Positions 1-39,709 of a DNA stretch of 64,000 nt are shown here, piece after piece (positions within the stretch are counted from its first letter, which is position 1; every line of letters begins with the position of its first letter). Made by a program: the position numbers and the translations under genes. Origin of the DNA: Octopus sinensis (Eukaryota); the NCBI RefSeq assembly GCF_006345805.1, contig NC_043010.1, positions 34,472,001 through 34,536,000 on the forward strand, written 5' to 3'. The notes beneath the pieces were generated by a model, which worked only from the letters and a program-made list of their open reading frames with translations, ran no database searches and was not told where the DNA came from.

Positions 1-1067
1 AATGTCGTTTTTGCCTGGTGTGGTAAGGATTCTGCTAAATCTGATCCCCAAAAGGATGAAAGGTAAAGTTGCCATCAACAGGATTTGAGTTCAGAATGTA
101 AAGAGCTAGCAAGATTGAGTTTCTGTGGATGTTGACTGTAAAATTGAATTGATAAAGAAATCTCAGAAAAATATCAACATATGCTATATTGCTCATGGTT
201 GTGCTGGATATTTTGGAAAGGTTTTGATTATGTATGTGTGTGTGTGTGTGTAAGCATGTGTACCATTTAGAACTCTTTACTAATATAACTTTTTATTTTA
301 TTAAAAGAAATCAAATTTTTCTTTGAAACCATTTACTTTTTTGTTGGGGGTTGAGTAGGAACTTGCTTTCCTCATGGAAGTCTTGACCATTTTGAATACC
401 AAACCTGCTTGAATCTAAATCTGGTTTTAATGATACAAAACTGTCCTTTTTTGTAAAGTGATCATATATAAATTATAATTCAGAAAACTCTTCCACAATA
501 ATTTTGTCAGACATCTTCAGTTACATTATGGCCAAAATACTAGCTTACTAACATCAGATTTAATTATTTTATACAGTGTTCAAATATTTTCAAAATTGAT
601 TGAAATACTTAGTGTTATTTCATAAAAAATATGGTCAGTAAAAATTTAACAAGAAATAAAATATAAATAGAAACAAAAAGAAAATAATGGAAATAAATAA
701 ATAAAACAAAAGTAAAACTAAAATAAAACTAATTCTAAAAAGCATCCAGAAGATAACAACAAAAATATGCAAAAAACAATAACTAAATCTACAAATTCGG
801 TGAGTGGCTGGTGGCTTGAAAAGATCTGTAAGGGTTACAGTAAAGTTTAGAAGCCATCTAGAATGTGACAAAGTTGGAAACAACAAACAAGCTATATGTG
901 TATATTTGTAGCTATATCCATCTATATATGTATGTGTGTTTGTGTGTGTGTGAGCATGTGTATCATGACTGAGCGGTAGAGTGCCATCATCATCTCATCA
1001 TGTCATCTTTTTTGATGAGTGCTGGGATTGGGTTTTCCCCTATCATGTGTGAAACTGATTGGTAAAA

Positions 1068-1103
<36 letters not shown>

Positions 1104-2084
1104 ACCTCTCCTGTTGATTTCAGCATGACAGTCTAGTTGTTCCGTCCAATAAATGACCCTCACATTGAATTAGTGTGTGAAGTGGTTGAGTATTCCTTAG
1201 GCATATATACCCTTAATTTAATTTCTAAGAAGAATCAATGTAACACAATGTAACAAGACTGGACATTTGAATTGCAGGTCCAATCATTCTGATGGGTTTC
1301 TACAGTTTCAGTCAACAAAATCTCACTCATAAGGCTATGGTAAAAGACACTTGCCCAAAATGACATGCAGAAGGAGTGAACCTGAGACATTATGACTGTG
1401 AAGCGAACTACTTAACAACTCAGCCATGCCTAAGTCTATGTATCTGTTTGTTTTAACCTCTATTTTTGCATGCCTTTCTTGCCCCTAAACCTACCTTACT
1501 TTACAAGTAAGAGATCTCATATTTCAAATGTTTTTCAAAGGTACGAAGCAAGCAGGTGACGTGTTGCGGATGGAAGTAACTACGACAACACTGCTTACAG
1601 TGAACCCAGAAGTAAACAAGCAGAAAAATACATGCATGCATATGCACACACACACATACACATGCCCATATGATGGGTGAGACTAAAGTAGAAGGCATTT
1701 GTCCAAGTGCCATGCATTAGAACTGAACCCAAAACCATATGGTTGGGAGGTAAACTTCTTGACCACATACTTGCATACCTGTACCTTATATAGATATATA
1801 TTCTTTTTTTTACGACCAGGCTATCAGATGTTGCTACACATCGCTGGTCACAATGCACTTCACATTGTTTTAGCCTTCAAATGACACCACCCTACTGGCT
1901 AAGCGAGCAGGCCAACAGAAGAAAGAGTGAGAGAAAGTTGTGTTGAAAAAGTACAGCAGTCATCGCCACCACCCCTTGCGGAAGCCTCGTGGGGCTTTAG
2001 GTATTTTCACTAAACAAACACCACAATGCCTGGTGTGGGAATTGAAACTGCAATCCTATGACTGCGAGTCCACTGCGCCTCCAC

Positions 2085-2138
<54 letters not shown>

Positions 2139-2151
2139 TTATTATATAGAA

Positions 2152-2207
2152 GGAGCTTCTACAGGACTAGTACTGTTTCATTCAAGAGAAATCTTCAGGA
2201 TCAACCC
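2152..2207 (-). ncRNA. Hammerhead-ribozyme-like motif in a (TA)n-flanked insert
   Basis: ...GATC CTGAAGA TTTC-TCTT-GAAT GAA ACAG-TACTAGTC-CTGT A GAAGCTCC: canonical CUGANGA, GAAA and GUA core with a 4-bp helix III; helix II is 3 bp and helix I is weak in this copy. Confidence 0.45.
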
Positions 2208-2213
2208 GGGACC

Positions 2214-2259
<46 letters not shown>

Positions 2260-2426
2260 CTGTTCTGTTATTGGTGGAATCATCAATAAAGTACTCCATC
2301 CAGTGTGAGATAAAAATCATTTAATATACACAGTATTTATATCATCATCATCATCATCATCGTTTAACGTCCGTTCTCCATGCTAGCATGGGTTGGACGG
2401 TCCGACCGGGGATCTGGGAAGCCAGA

Positions 2427-2491
2427 AGGCTGCACCAGGCTCCAGTCTTATCTGGCAGTGTTTCAGATAAGACTGGAGCCTGGTGCAGCCT
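2427..2491. repeat. Perfect 28-bp fold-back hairpin terminating a SINE copy at (TA)n
   Basis: AGGCTGCACCAGGCTCCAGTCTTATCTG-gcagtgttt-CAGATAAGACTGGAGCCTGGTGCAGCCT followed by TATATA. Confidence 0.95.
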
Positions 2492-2496
2492 ATATA

Positions 2497-2537
<41 letters not shown>

Positions 2538-2896
2538 TATCGCTTTATGAAGGATAATACTACACATAACAGCTAGACAAGTAACCCTTTCACAGAACGC
2601 AGCTTCGTGTATCATATTGCAATAGTTACTGCTACACATAGCTGACTGAAGACAAAATTCTCAGTGTTACCACCAACTATCCGACACCTTCAAAGAGTTG
2701 ACAAAACTCAAATGAAAAATATACAAATAAAAATAAATGAAATAAAATAGAACAAAATAGAAATAAAATGAAAAGAAGAAAACAATAAAAAGAATCGAAA
2801 TTAGGAAACAAAGAAAGGCAAACCCTGAAACCTTAATGATGGAACAAAATATTTTCTTGTTAGTTTTAAGAAAGTTAAATAATCTTCATGTTTTAC

Positions 2897-28676
<25,780 letters not shown>

Positions 28677-28703
28677 GGTTGTTGGTTATTGCGTCGTTGA
28701 ATG

Positions 28704-28779
28704 CTGGTAATATATATATACTTTGTTGTCAGCAGTCAGGGGGAGATAAATTTTCACTGGCTGCTGTTAGACTTCTTAC
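28704..28779 (-). other. Putative 76-nt 5'UTR intron of TDRKH
   Basis: Minus strand TAA|gtaagaag...ctgactgctgac...attaccag|CATTC; two CTGAC branch-like motifs upstream of the AG, which lies 27 nt before the ATG. Confidence 0.5.
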
Positions 28780-28900
28780 TTATTTAATTTCTTCTCTTGT
28801 TTTATATTTAACGCTCGAAATGACCTGAAAATTTTGCACAGGTGCAAAAGAAAAAAGAAGAAAAAAAGAACCATTGTTAATTAATGCTAATTAACGAGTT
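28780..28900 (-). promoter_or_regulatory. Putative non-coding first exon / core promoter region of TDRKH
   Basis: Directly upstream of the putative UTR intron; TCATTT (Inr-like TCAKTY) at 28823-28818 next to a few CpGs. Position-based inference only. Confidence 0.25.
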
Positions 28901-29188
28901 AAAATATTGATGGTAGGTGCAGCAGTAGCAGGAGCACAGTAGTGAAAATAAAAAAAAATAATATCCCTTTCTACTTAAGGCACAAGACCTGAAATTTTGT
29001 GGGTACATCAACCCCAGTGTTTCACTGGTACTTAATTTATCGACTTTGAAAGGATGAAAAGCAAAGTCAACCTCAGTGGAATTTGAACGCAGAATGTGCA
29101 GACAGATGAAATACTGTTAAGCATTTTGCCTGGCATGCTAACACTTATGCCAGCTCACCACTGTGATAATAATAATAATAATGAAATA

Positions 29189-29226
<38 letters not shown>

Positions 29227-29833
29227 GATAATAATAATAATAACAACAATGATGATGATGATGATGACAATGACAATTTCAAACTAGTGATTTTGAGGGA
29301 GTGTCAATTACATTGACCCCCAGTGGTCAACTGGTACTTCTTTTATAAACCCTGAATATAATGCCCTGGCAGCCAACAACTGGTGCAGTAATCCTAGCAG
29401 AGTTTAATGCAAATAATGAAGTCTAAATAAGATGAAAATTAGAAGAACAAATGAATTTCATTTTAAATAAATGAAGCTTTATTTCTTTAAGTTTGGAACT
29501 GAAATCCCATCAGAGTAGAATATTGAATTTTACTTTTATCTTTTCATGCATCATTTATCATCCTAATTTTTAACATACTTTCCCGTGCTTACAAAGGTCA
29601 AACAAAATTTGTTGAGGTGGATTTTTGATCGCTGGATGTCCTTCCAATTGCCAATTCACACCTGTTTCCAAGTAAGGTAATATTTCCTCATGTTTTTCCC
29701 AATATTTTCTCAGACATGTTTCCATAGAAGTTTGGAAACCAAGATCACCATTTGCATGATGGTAACACTCATTTACAACAAACATGCAGCAACAAGGCAC
29801 AGTAACACACACTCACATATGCATGCACATACA

Positions 29834-29869
<36 letters not shown>

Positions 29870-30667
29870 TGTGCGTAATTTTTGGAATAATGGGTAATTT
29901 TTGGAATAATGGGTATATGTCAATAATAGGTATATTTAATTCGGTATATGCGAAGGGTATATCTGAAGGCGCAATAATTGGTATATGTGAAGGTGCATGG
30001 CTCAGTGGTTAGAGTGTCAAGCTCACAATCATGAGGTTGTGATTTCAAATCCCGGACCAGGCTGTGTTGTATTCTTGAGCAAGACACTTTATTTCACATT
30101 GCTCCAGTTCACTCAGAAATGAGTTGCGATGTCACAGGTGCCAAGATGTATTAGCTTTTGCCTTTCCCGTGGATAACACTGGTGGTGTGGAGAGGGGAGG
30201 CCAGTATGCATAGGTGACTGCTGGTCTTCCATAAACAACCTTGCCCGGACTTGTGCAATCCCATGGTCAGTCATGACTGAAGCGGGGTCTCAGCAAGGGT
30301 ATATGTCAATTAGGGTGTTGATGTGTTGAGTAAAACACTAGCACAGTTTGGGCTACCTGGTGTTATCTGCAGTTAGGGTATATTTCCGTTGGATCTACTT
30401 CAGGAATTCTGCAGTATTAGTTAAGATAATAATCATTTAAGGAAACAGAAGATGGATTTGCTATTAGTCTTTATTCTGTACAATGATTGTTTCTACCCAT
30501 CCTGTGATTGTCCTTTATGGGTGGGATGTTGTACATCCTATTGTGTTACATCAATGTTTGCAGTCTGGGTTACATCAGATATGTGCATACATAAAGTGGT
30601 GTCCACTAGAAATATTGAATTCAGGCAGCCATGTTGGTATTTGCATGCTTTACTACTAAATAGAGCA

Positions 30668-30955
30668 AGTCACCTGGAATTTGCATTACTGGTCTGGAAC
30701 CCCTATCTTGCCCAGGATATTAATTGTCTTGAAACCGCTCAGCGACGTGCAACCAAGAGAATACCCTCCATCAGGCATTTGCCATATTCTGAACACCTTA
30801 CTTCCCTGGGCATGGATACATTGAAACTCCAACGTCGGGCAGCTGACTTGGCAGACACCCATAAAATTATTAACCATCTTACAAACAATAACTCTGAGCA
30901 CCTTTTCAAACTCCACCTGTCTAACACCCGTGGACATGTTTACAAAGTCAGAAAA
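30668..30955 (+). mobile_element. CR1/L2-group LINE ORF2 fragment
   Basis: SHLEFALLVWNPYLAQDINCLETAQRRATKRIPSIRHLPYSEHLTSLGMDTLKLQRRAADL...TRGHVYKVRK. Confidence 0.88.
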
Positions 30956-32019
30956 TCTATTAAATCCACTGTCAAGACTTTGTCCAGCCTGTGGCTGTAG
31001 TAGAAGATGCTTGCCCAAGGTGCCAGAAAATAGGACTGAACACAGAACCATGCGGTTGGGAAGCACACTTCTTACAATACAGCCACACTTACACCTATGT
31101 CAGAAAAAATTAATATTAATATTATTGTCCATGGTTCAATTGTTTCACACATGAAATGATATTAATGTTGTATTTGTGTAAGAAATCCCATTATGGTGAC
31201 TAAACACACACACATGCACAGACACAGCACACACGGACACAGAGACACACACACAGATAAATTATTGGACTGGATTGGATTGCCTATGTTCAGTTCATTG
31301 CAGGACAAAAGCCTCAACGTGTTCTCTCCACTAACTACAGTTTGATGTAGAGGCTGTGAATTTGCACTTGAGATCAAACTGGTTTGATGAGCCTACTCTG
31401 CCACACTGGCTTGACATGGATTGGCAGATGGGGAGCAGCTCGTTTTGCTCCTACCTAGGAGTAAAGTTGATTACATTGACCCCTATGTTCAACAGGAACT
31501 TATTTTGTCAACTCCAAAATGATAAAAGACAAAGATGACCTCGGTGGAATTTGAACTCAGAATGTAAGGATGGACAAAAATACCACCAACGATTCTGCTA
31601 ACTCACTACCTCTACAAATTATAACAGATACAATACTGCACAGATGTTTGTAGAAATATTTGTAAGTCTTTAAGACAATCATCTGATCGATATTGAACTT
31701 AGAACTCATTAAATAAAATATCATGTGTTTAAAGAAAAATGGCATTGTAGGTTATATATTTACATCACTTTCTTTGAAGTTCAATAAGAAAACGTTCACC
31801 GTTTATTGATTTATGCTCTTGCTACTTAAAAATAGTATACTACGATGATTGCTGTTATTGCTATTATTTTTGGTTGTTTCTGCTTTTCTTTGTATTTTGT
31901 CGATTGTTCTTGTTAAAAGACAGCCACTAAAAACACTGCTCGTAATGTTGGTGTTTTATTATCAATCTTGTATGAGAGACAGTTTCAGCTAATCAATGCC
32001 AAGTGTACAGATTGATTTT

Positions 32020-32395
32020 CCAAACACACACACACTGTGTGCGCATGCATGCACACACACACACTGACATATGTACACACACACACACATATACAACATA
32101 CATGTACACAACCACATGCACACACAAACGTACACACACATGTAAAACACACATGTACACACATGCACTCACACAAATGTACACATCCACACGTGCATGT
32201 ACATATGCACACACACACATGTACACACACATGTACACATGTACACACACATGTACATCACTCACGCACACACACATGTACACACACACGTGTACACACA
32301 CACGCACACGTGTACACACACACATATACACACACATGTACACACACACATATACTCATACACACAGAAGCATGCACACACACACATACACACAA
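32020..32395. repeat. (CA)n/(TACACACACATG)n compound repeat
   Basis: Directly visible; explains the H/T- and C/V-rich pseudo-ORFs. Confidence 0.9.
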
Positions 32396-32647
32396 ATCCA
32401 AACAAACAAAAAAGACACAAGTTGTTGGAGAAGTTACATATTTTTCGCATTTTACTGAAAAACCTACTTAACTCATGAATCTAAAATAGCTGAATTCAGC
32501 ATTACCATTATCCAAAGCATTATCATCACCATCAACATTATCACGATCATTATCATAATCATTATCCACATCAACATCATCTTCATCACCATTACTATCA
32601 CAATCTGATTTACAACTAAGAAAAATAAAAAGTAACACACTTTTCAG

Positions 32648-32703
<56 letters not shown>

Positions 32704-34059
32704 GTGAGTATGCAAACATAAGCATGCATGCATAAACACACATGCACACACACATACACTCACACACACACGTACACACAAATATACATATAAGACTACA
32801 TCATTGCTGCTGTAGAAATTCCAATGAAAGGATCATGTTTTTTAGGCTAAAAACCGGTTCTTATTCCATTGACAAGAAATTTGAAAAGTAGAACCAGGAA
32901 ATCATACAACACACCTCCCCTCATATATATATGTGTGGTGTGTGTGTGTGTGTGTGTGTGCAAGTGCATGCGTGTGTGTGTGTGCGTGTGTGCAAGTGCA
33001 TGCGTGTGTGTAAGTGCATGTGTGTGTGGTGTGTGTGTGTGCATTAGAGCTAACACACTATGTCAAAGAAAGCATTTTAGATGTTACATATACTAACTGA
33101 GGAGGTACATTTACAAAGTTACATACACAATTTAAAAAAAAAGAAGTTTTTTTTGATACAACATGCTAATACAACACTTGTATTTTTTTCATATCAGCCC
33201 CAAATGCATCAATAAACACATTTCACATTCCTAATATACACATATGTCACGATAATTTGGCGTACCTTTAACATACATATCTGTTACACACAAATATTGA
33301 ATCTCAGAACTCTAATTAATAATATATTGAGAGTTATGCCCCTTGAATTATGCCTATGACACAAGTGAAATCACCATATGAAAGTATCACATTTGAAAAA
33401 CATGTCTGATGAATGAAAATGTGTGTTCTCTGTTTTCTGTGAGAGCGTTATCTTTCTGGTTGACATGAAACTTGACTTACATAGCTGTATTTCATAAGTA
33501 TTGACTATACACACACACTCACACACACACACACAAACACATATATATACACATACACACGTATATATACACATACACACACACACACATCATTTGTATA
33601 TCCTACATAAAGTGGATATACAGTTAGAACATCATAGTATTGTGGCATCTCATATAGGAAAAGTACTGAAGTATCAATAGCAGCAGTGGAACTGCTAGAT
33701 CATGTGGTTTCTGCATACATGTGCATCATCAGTTGTAGGTATCCACTATCACCACATGCTAGCCAAATTTTGCCTCTACTGATATTTAGAAAAACAGTGA
33801 TTAATCAGTTACTGTTATCACAAATATGTGTGTGTGTGTCTGTATGTTGTCTACACCACCTGCCTTCGTCTTATGTTTTTTTTGTGAATTCTCCCCATAT
33901 ATATATATATGTGTGTGTGTGTGTATGCAGGGTGCAAAGGGTAAATCATCACTATTTTATATTTTTAATTTCGCGTATGTGCATTGTTTGTTTTTGATTT
34001 TGTCAACTACACAGTATAGTAGGGTCAGTTGGGTACCGTCTGTGAGAAAAACAGCACCA

Positions 34060-34468
34060 TGATGTAATTCATTATGCCAGAAATTTGGAAACGAGATGCT
34101 GTACTGCTTGGCATTTGTGTCAGAAGCTCCAATACGAACATTTAAGAGTGTTTGGGTATCAGTCTGAGAATAGTGCAATCTGAGGACTGAGAGTGATAAA
34201 AATTAAACATTCAGTCAACATCATGGTGTTTGGAGCAATCACTAGTGACAGTGATGTTATGCTTCCATTCATCTTCCCACATGGTCTCTGACTCAACATA
34301 GAGGCCTATATCAAGTGCCTGGAGGAGGTAGTGCTGTCCTGAGTTGAGGGTGGCTACTGGAAGACCCTATGTCTGGCAACAGGACTCTGCACCATATCAT
34401 ACAAGCAGGAGAACCCTGTTATGGCTGTCAGACAATTTCTGCAACCACATTACCCCTAACATCTGGAT
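34060..34468 (+). mobile_element. Internally deleted mariner/maT-like transposase relic
   Basis: MPEIWKRDAVLLGI...ECLG (N-terminal HTH region) fused to KHSVNIMVFGAITSDSDVMLPFIFPHGL*LNIEAYIKCLEEVVL...GRPYVWQQDSAPYHTSRRT..WLSDNFCNHITPNIW. Confidence 0.85.
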
Positions 34469-34499
34469 GAGAGACCAACAAAACTCCTTATAGCACCAA

Positions 34500-34650
34500 G
34501 AGTGATACTGAGTAGTAGAAAAATGAGGCTATTGAATGTGGAGGATATGCAAAGGCTAGACAGAAATGAGACGAGCATGTTCTGATGGATGTGTGATGTT
34601 AGTTTAAATGAATTAATTAGATCATAAGCTGAGAGTGAAATCTTGGTGCA
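34500..34650 (+). mobile_element. RTE-clade LINE fragment
   Basis: LNVEDMQRLDRNETSMF*WMCDVSL motif. Confidence 0.6.
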
Positions 34651-35179
34651 AGAATTTTATACCAGTTGTAGTGCACACTAACATGAAGTTCAGTCCTTGT
34701 TGCAGTGTGGTGGCTGGTGGCTTGTGTGCTTCAATAACCCTGAGAGCTATGACAGTAGAACACAAGCTTGTGACAGGGTCTCACATATTGGATAGATCAA
34801 AATACAGGCCAGACTAATATGAATCACACTTCTTCCCAGAAGTAAAAGTGGATTTGCATAGAGCCAACACCTCGGATTACACACATGCACACACACAAAA
34901 AAAAAAAAAACATCTAGAAACATCAATGATGATTCAAAACCAACAAGACCTTGGAGAAAATGGCCTTCCCTCAAAAAAAAAAAAAAATATGATGCAGTGC
35001 AGCAAAATAGGAAAAGAAGCTGCAAAGCTGCAGAGCTGAAAAAGCAGGCGTCCGATTGGAGAGAAGCAGAAAAGACAGTCTTGAGTTAAGAACAGTGGAG
35101 GAAAAGTCAGCAATAATCTATGGTCCATAGGGAATGAAGGGTTTAAGTTGAGAGAGTAGAATGCAAGAGAGAAAACTGA

Positions 35180-35460
35180 TGGTACGGATAAATAGAGGAT
35201 GCCTGTAGAAGATGGCAGCTGGAGGTTAACAAGGTCCAAGTGTAAGGAGTCAACAGAAGGGGTTGATTGAGGAAGACATAGGAAGATGCAGTGGGGGATG
35301 ATTTCAGGATGCTAAACTTCATAAAGATGACAAGGACCTCAATATGTGATGAGACACTGTGCTGGAAAATACCTGTCCAATCTAAGCAAGAATGGAAAAA
35401 TGATGCTGATGATGATGATGATGATGACGATCATGATGACGATGACAATGATGATGATGA
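35180..35460 (+). mobile_element. RTE-clade LINE 3' tail ending in (GAT)n
   Basis: ...RKT*EDAVGDDFRMLN...MT... followed by GTCCAATCTAAGCAAGAATGGAAAAATGATGCTGATGATG. Confidence 0.55.
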
Positions 35461-35782
35461 TGGTGGTGGGATACAATAAATATGCTTATGATGTGTAAAT
35501 ATTGTACGTGCCTATATAGATTTTATATATACATTAGGTGTACGTGCTTCTCTATCATGTCAAAGCAAAGTAAGAACATAATTCAGGTGGGTGGTTTGGC
35601 AGGAAAGAAAGAAGCGGTGGTGGTGGGGGGAAAGAAATTTATTATAGCAAGGAGAAAAATAAAAATAGAAAAAGAACAAGGAAACAAACAAAGCTAAAAG
35701 AAAATTGCAATGATTTCTCACATGCTGTTGTATATTAACCCCAAAAGAATTATGGTGTGCTTGTATCTACCTACATACATGC

Positions 35783-35954
<172 letters not shown>

Positions 35955-36019
35955 CATATATATATATATATTATATATATATACATATATATATACATAT
36001 ATATATATATATAATATAT

Positions 36020-36061
<42 letters not shown>

Positions 36062-37391
36062 CATGTAGTAAAGCTTTGTTCAGTGTGCAAGGGGGAGAGG
36101 GAGGGAATGAAGGTGGGGGAGAGAGTGATTTCTCTCAAGTCTAAGATAACTAAACAGCTACGACACAGTGGTTTTATTGGTATGCAGATCTTTCTGGAAG
36201 GGCGTAGCACTTTCTAACCACCCTGATTTGATGCAGTGCCAACACGTAGTCACCTGACTGACGAGCTTTTGGCTACTCACCAACAAAGGCTTAAAAATAA
36301 TAATAATGATAATACCAGTAGCGATTGCAGTAGTGGTACTAGTAGTAATAGTAGCAGTTGTCTAATGGGGGTTCCTTCATATTCATATCGAAAATTATGG
36401 AAAATCATTTTGTGTAAAAGCCCTTTCAATAACAAAGACTGGCTGATAACAATAACCAGTTGATAATATTTAGCAGAAAATGAGTCTAATAGGTAGAACA
36501 TTTTTAATTAAGAGATTTGTAATCACTAATTTTGATAACAATAACTGTTTAATAATATCATCACCAATTATAGTGAGGGGCTTTCTGTGTATGTATGTGT
36601 ACATACACACATATATACACCAATGCTGTCAGCCCCACCAACTGACTTAACAGCAGATTCTGCACTTCCATTACCAGCACTTTTGATTGCACCAATGCCA
36701 TCATCACGCAACTGCAATCTATCATATCACTGTAGCTAGTATGCTTTAGTTTCTTCTCTATAGCAATAAGTTTGCAGTAGTGGTTGTATATTTTTTTTAT
36801 GTGGATGTCCAAGTTTTTATTTTGTGTAAGTGATAGTGTATGCACATGTGTGTGATTGTGTGTGTGTGTGCATGTGTGTGTGTGTGGTGGTGGTGGTGGT
36901 GGTGGTGGTGTGTGTGTGTGTGTGTGTGTGGTGTATGTGTGTGTGTATGTGTGTGTGGCAATTGAGCTGTTGTTGCATAAGTGGTTGTTTTATTCTGTTT
37001 GGCTTAAATCATTTCTTGAAGGCAAATTTATTTTGGTGTCTGCAACATGAAATGAGTTCAGTTTTCATGTTTAGTGAGACTGAGGTTTCAGTGATTATGC
37101 TGAATTTTTCTGTAGTGCATAGGGGGCAGGTTCCGCGCACAGTCTATAATACTTGCCTATATGCATCAGCATCTGAACGTGGTCGATGCCAGTGGCACCT
37201 GACTGGCTTCTGTGCAGGTGGCATGTAAAAAGCACTCACTACACTCTCAGAATGGTTGGCGTTAGGAAGGGAATCCAGCAGTAGAAACATTGCCAGATCA
37301 GATTGGAGCCTGGTGAGGCCTCCTGGCTTGCCAGTCCCAGTCAAACCATCCAATCCATACCAGCATGGAAAATGGACATTAAACAATGATA

Positions 37392-37423
<32 letters not shown>

Positions 37424-37443
37424 ATATATATATATAATATATA

Positions 37444-37472
<29 letters not shown>

Positions 37473-37481
<9 letters not shown>

Positions 37482-37546
37482 GAGAAATAACCTCTATTTA
37501 GTAATTCAGTTGAATTACTTAATAGAGGTTATTTCTCTTAATTATA
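37473..37546. repeat. 36-bp-arm hairpin with 2-nt loop next to (TA)n
   Basis: TAATTAAGAGAAATAACCTCTATTTAGTAATTCA-gt-TGAATTACTTAATAGAGGTTATTTCTCTTAATTA; one mismatch. Confidence 0.95.
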
Positions 37547-37648
37547 CACATATATTATATATTGTGAAATTTGATTTAGAATTTCTAAATTGAATTTTTG
37601 CCTGTAAGTTTGGAATTATATTCCCCACTATTATTATTGATAATATTT

Positions 37649-37688
<40 letters not shown>

Positions 37689-38489
37689 GTGTGTTTCTTA
37701 TTTAATTATTTATATCTAATTTCAAAAAGAAGGAATCATTTGCAAGCTCAGGTACCAAGTTTTCTCAGTTGGATTTAGATGGTGACAACTCAGTCAATTG
37801 ACAAATTAAAATTAAGAAAAGTAAACATTTAAAAAAATTATTATCTTATAGCCTGGCTTCATTTAAAACATGCTAATTTTCGATGCCTAACTGTTTAAGA
37901 TATTGCATGTTTACTTAAGGATTTTCTCATCACTACTTTGGGAAGGACAGCGAACTGTGCCTCACCAAGGAGGTCTAATAAGATTAAAACATTAAAACTT
38001 TTGCACTTGTTGAAGTGATTAAAATAATATTAGTCTTTGAGCTGATGTCTTTTCTTCAGCAAATAATAAATTCTAATTAGATTTTTAGTACTTAGTATAT
38101 TAAATTGACTAACCTATTGATAATATAACTAATTTTGCAATAGTTATATATGTTACCTATTTGAATTTTATAAGTTCATACCTAAAAAAACACAATGTTG
38201 AAAAATTCTCTCAGCAAAGTCACATGTTAAACTTGCATAGTTTTACTGTTCCACTTACAAATTGAACCTGTAGAAAACATGTAAAGTGGTCTTATTTCAA
38301 AATCTCAAGCCTTGAAGATTACGTTTTGAACATGAAGTAACATAACCAATTGCATCAATAATGATGGACAGAAATGAAAATTCATAAACAGAACAGAGAA
38401 GTAGCTTTTATGAAATATTATTTAAATGTCCTTTTCTTAAATAATCTTGTATAAGACCTTCTTATCTCCTGTACAGATAATTTCCACAA

Positions 38490-38590
38490 CACTGCTTGTG
38501 AATATGGTGGCTGTCTGATCTGGGGAATGTTGTGCTTGGCCAAAAACTGCTGAATGGGCAGGTGTTGTCATGGCAATATTGCCACTCACT
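38490..38590 (-). mobile_element. mariner transposase fragment
   Basis: WQYCHDN / IQQFLAKHNIPQIRQPPYS across a frameshift; matches HHDNAP..H...FLAK..I....HPPYS. Confidence 0.65.
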
Positions 38591-39130
38591 GGATACATGT
38601 AATTCTGTTTGATAACTGCATACTACAGACTTTACTTCCAAGCACTGTTATAAACAACGGAAGTGAATAAGAACATTATAACTTTATGTGTATGTGCAAC
38701 AGAGTCCAAGGGCAATCTGTGCCAAGTGGCTTCACACTGCATACTCCTCTAGCTCCATTAGTATAGCAAAAGTCCTAATACTTTTTCATAAGACTTCATG
38801 TATGTGTATGTATGTATAGGGTCCTTGTGTCTACCCTATGTGTAAGTTTTGTAGTATTTAATGCATTTTTCATTTATATGTACACACACACACACGAGGA
38901 TTACTTAACACATTTGGTTGGAGTCACATGCATTTAATAGCAGTTTGACTCTGCTCTGCATTACTTAGAGTTTCTTGGGCATAGAACACATTCTCCTTGT
39001 CAGATGTTTGGATAAGGTGCATGTGTCCTATGCCCATGAAAGTAGTGCACTTTAATGAAAGTGATGTAAAGTAATATGGAGCTGAGCCAAACAGTATAAA
39101 TGATACATATATATATATATATATAGTATA

Positions 39131-39709
39131 CAGGATGGCCCAGAAGCAACTGGATCGTATTGAATTTATTGAATATTGCTAATTGTTTGTCATCCATCTT
39201 TGACAACACAATGATGGCCAAATCATATCTAAAATTGTTGAATGAAAAGTTGTGGCCTATAATGTCTCAATATGAAGATCCCGTTGATTTGAACTTTCAG
39301 CAGGATGGTGGCCCTGCTCATTATGGTCTACCTGTTCGAAACTATCTTGATGAACATTTTCCAGGCAGATAGATAGGCTGTTGTGGACCTGTGGAATGGC
39401 CTGCAAGCTCCCCAGACCTCAGTCCACCGGCCTTCATTCTCTGGGGAGTACTCAAAAATCAGGTCTTCAAAACTAAGCCAAAAAATTTCAGTGATTTGAA
39501 ACAGAATATCAAAAATGCATGGCAAGATATTACACCGGAATTGTGCAAAAAATGTAACTGATTCAACTACTAAACGATGTTGTAACTGTGTTGTAAATAA
39601 TGGTTTATGTTTTGAACATTTGCTGTAAACTCGAGTAATAGAAATTTCTTTTTCATTTATTTGTAACTTTTAACAATGATTAGGGTTCAGTTACTTCTGG
39701 GGCACCATG
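39131..39709 (+). mobile_element. DD41D (rosa)-type Tc1/mariner deletion derivative with both TIRs and TA TSD
   Basis: TA|CAGGATGGCCCAGAAGCAACTG ... CAGTTACTTCTGGGGCACCATG|TA (20/24 including TA); FQQDGGPAHYGLPVRNYLDEHFPGR*IGCCGPVEWPASSPDLSPP[A]FILWGVLK with 41 residues between the second Asp and the mutated third catalytic position. Confidence 0.88.

Noticed and set aside
1541-1610. + strand exon-like segment GTKQAGDVLRMEVTTTTLLTVNPE
   Set aside because: Only moderate splice sites, no recognisable homology and no chain of partner exons.
1-2896. Terminal TDRKH exon(s)
   Set aside because: Tested acceptors at about 2688 (VSDSWW*), 2708, 1590, 858 (MASKLYCNPY...) and 415. None gives the expected ..I...LV..G.A ending in phase 0, so the exon probably lies left of the window.
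30452-31066. 182-aa and 126-aa ORFs as genes
   Set aside because: Chance fusion of unique sequence, a CR1 fragment and a SINE head.
37955-38000. Possible further hammerhead relic (CTCACCAAGGAGGTCTAATAAGATTAAAAC)
   Set aside because: Needs five or more substitutions to restore the core; not supportable from one copy.
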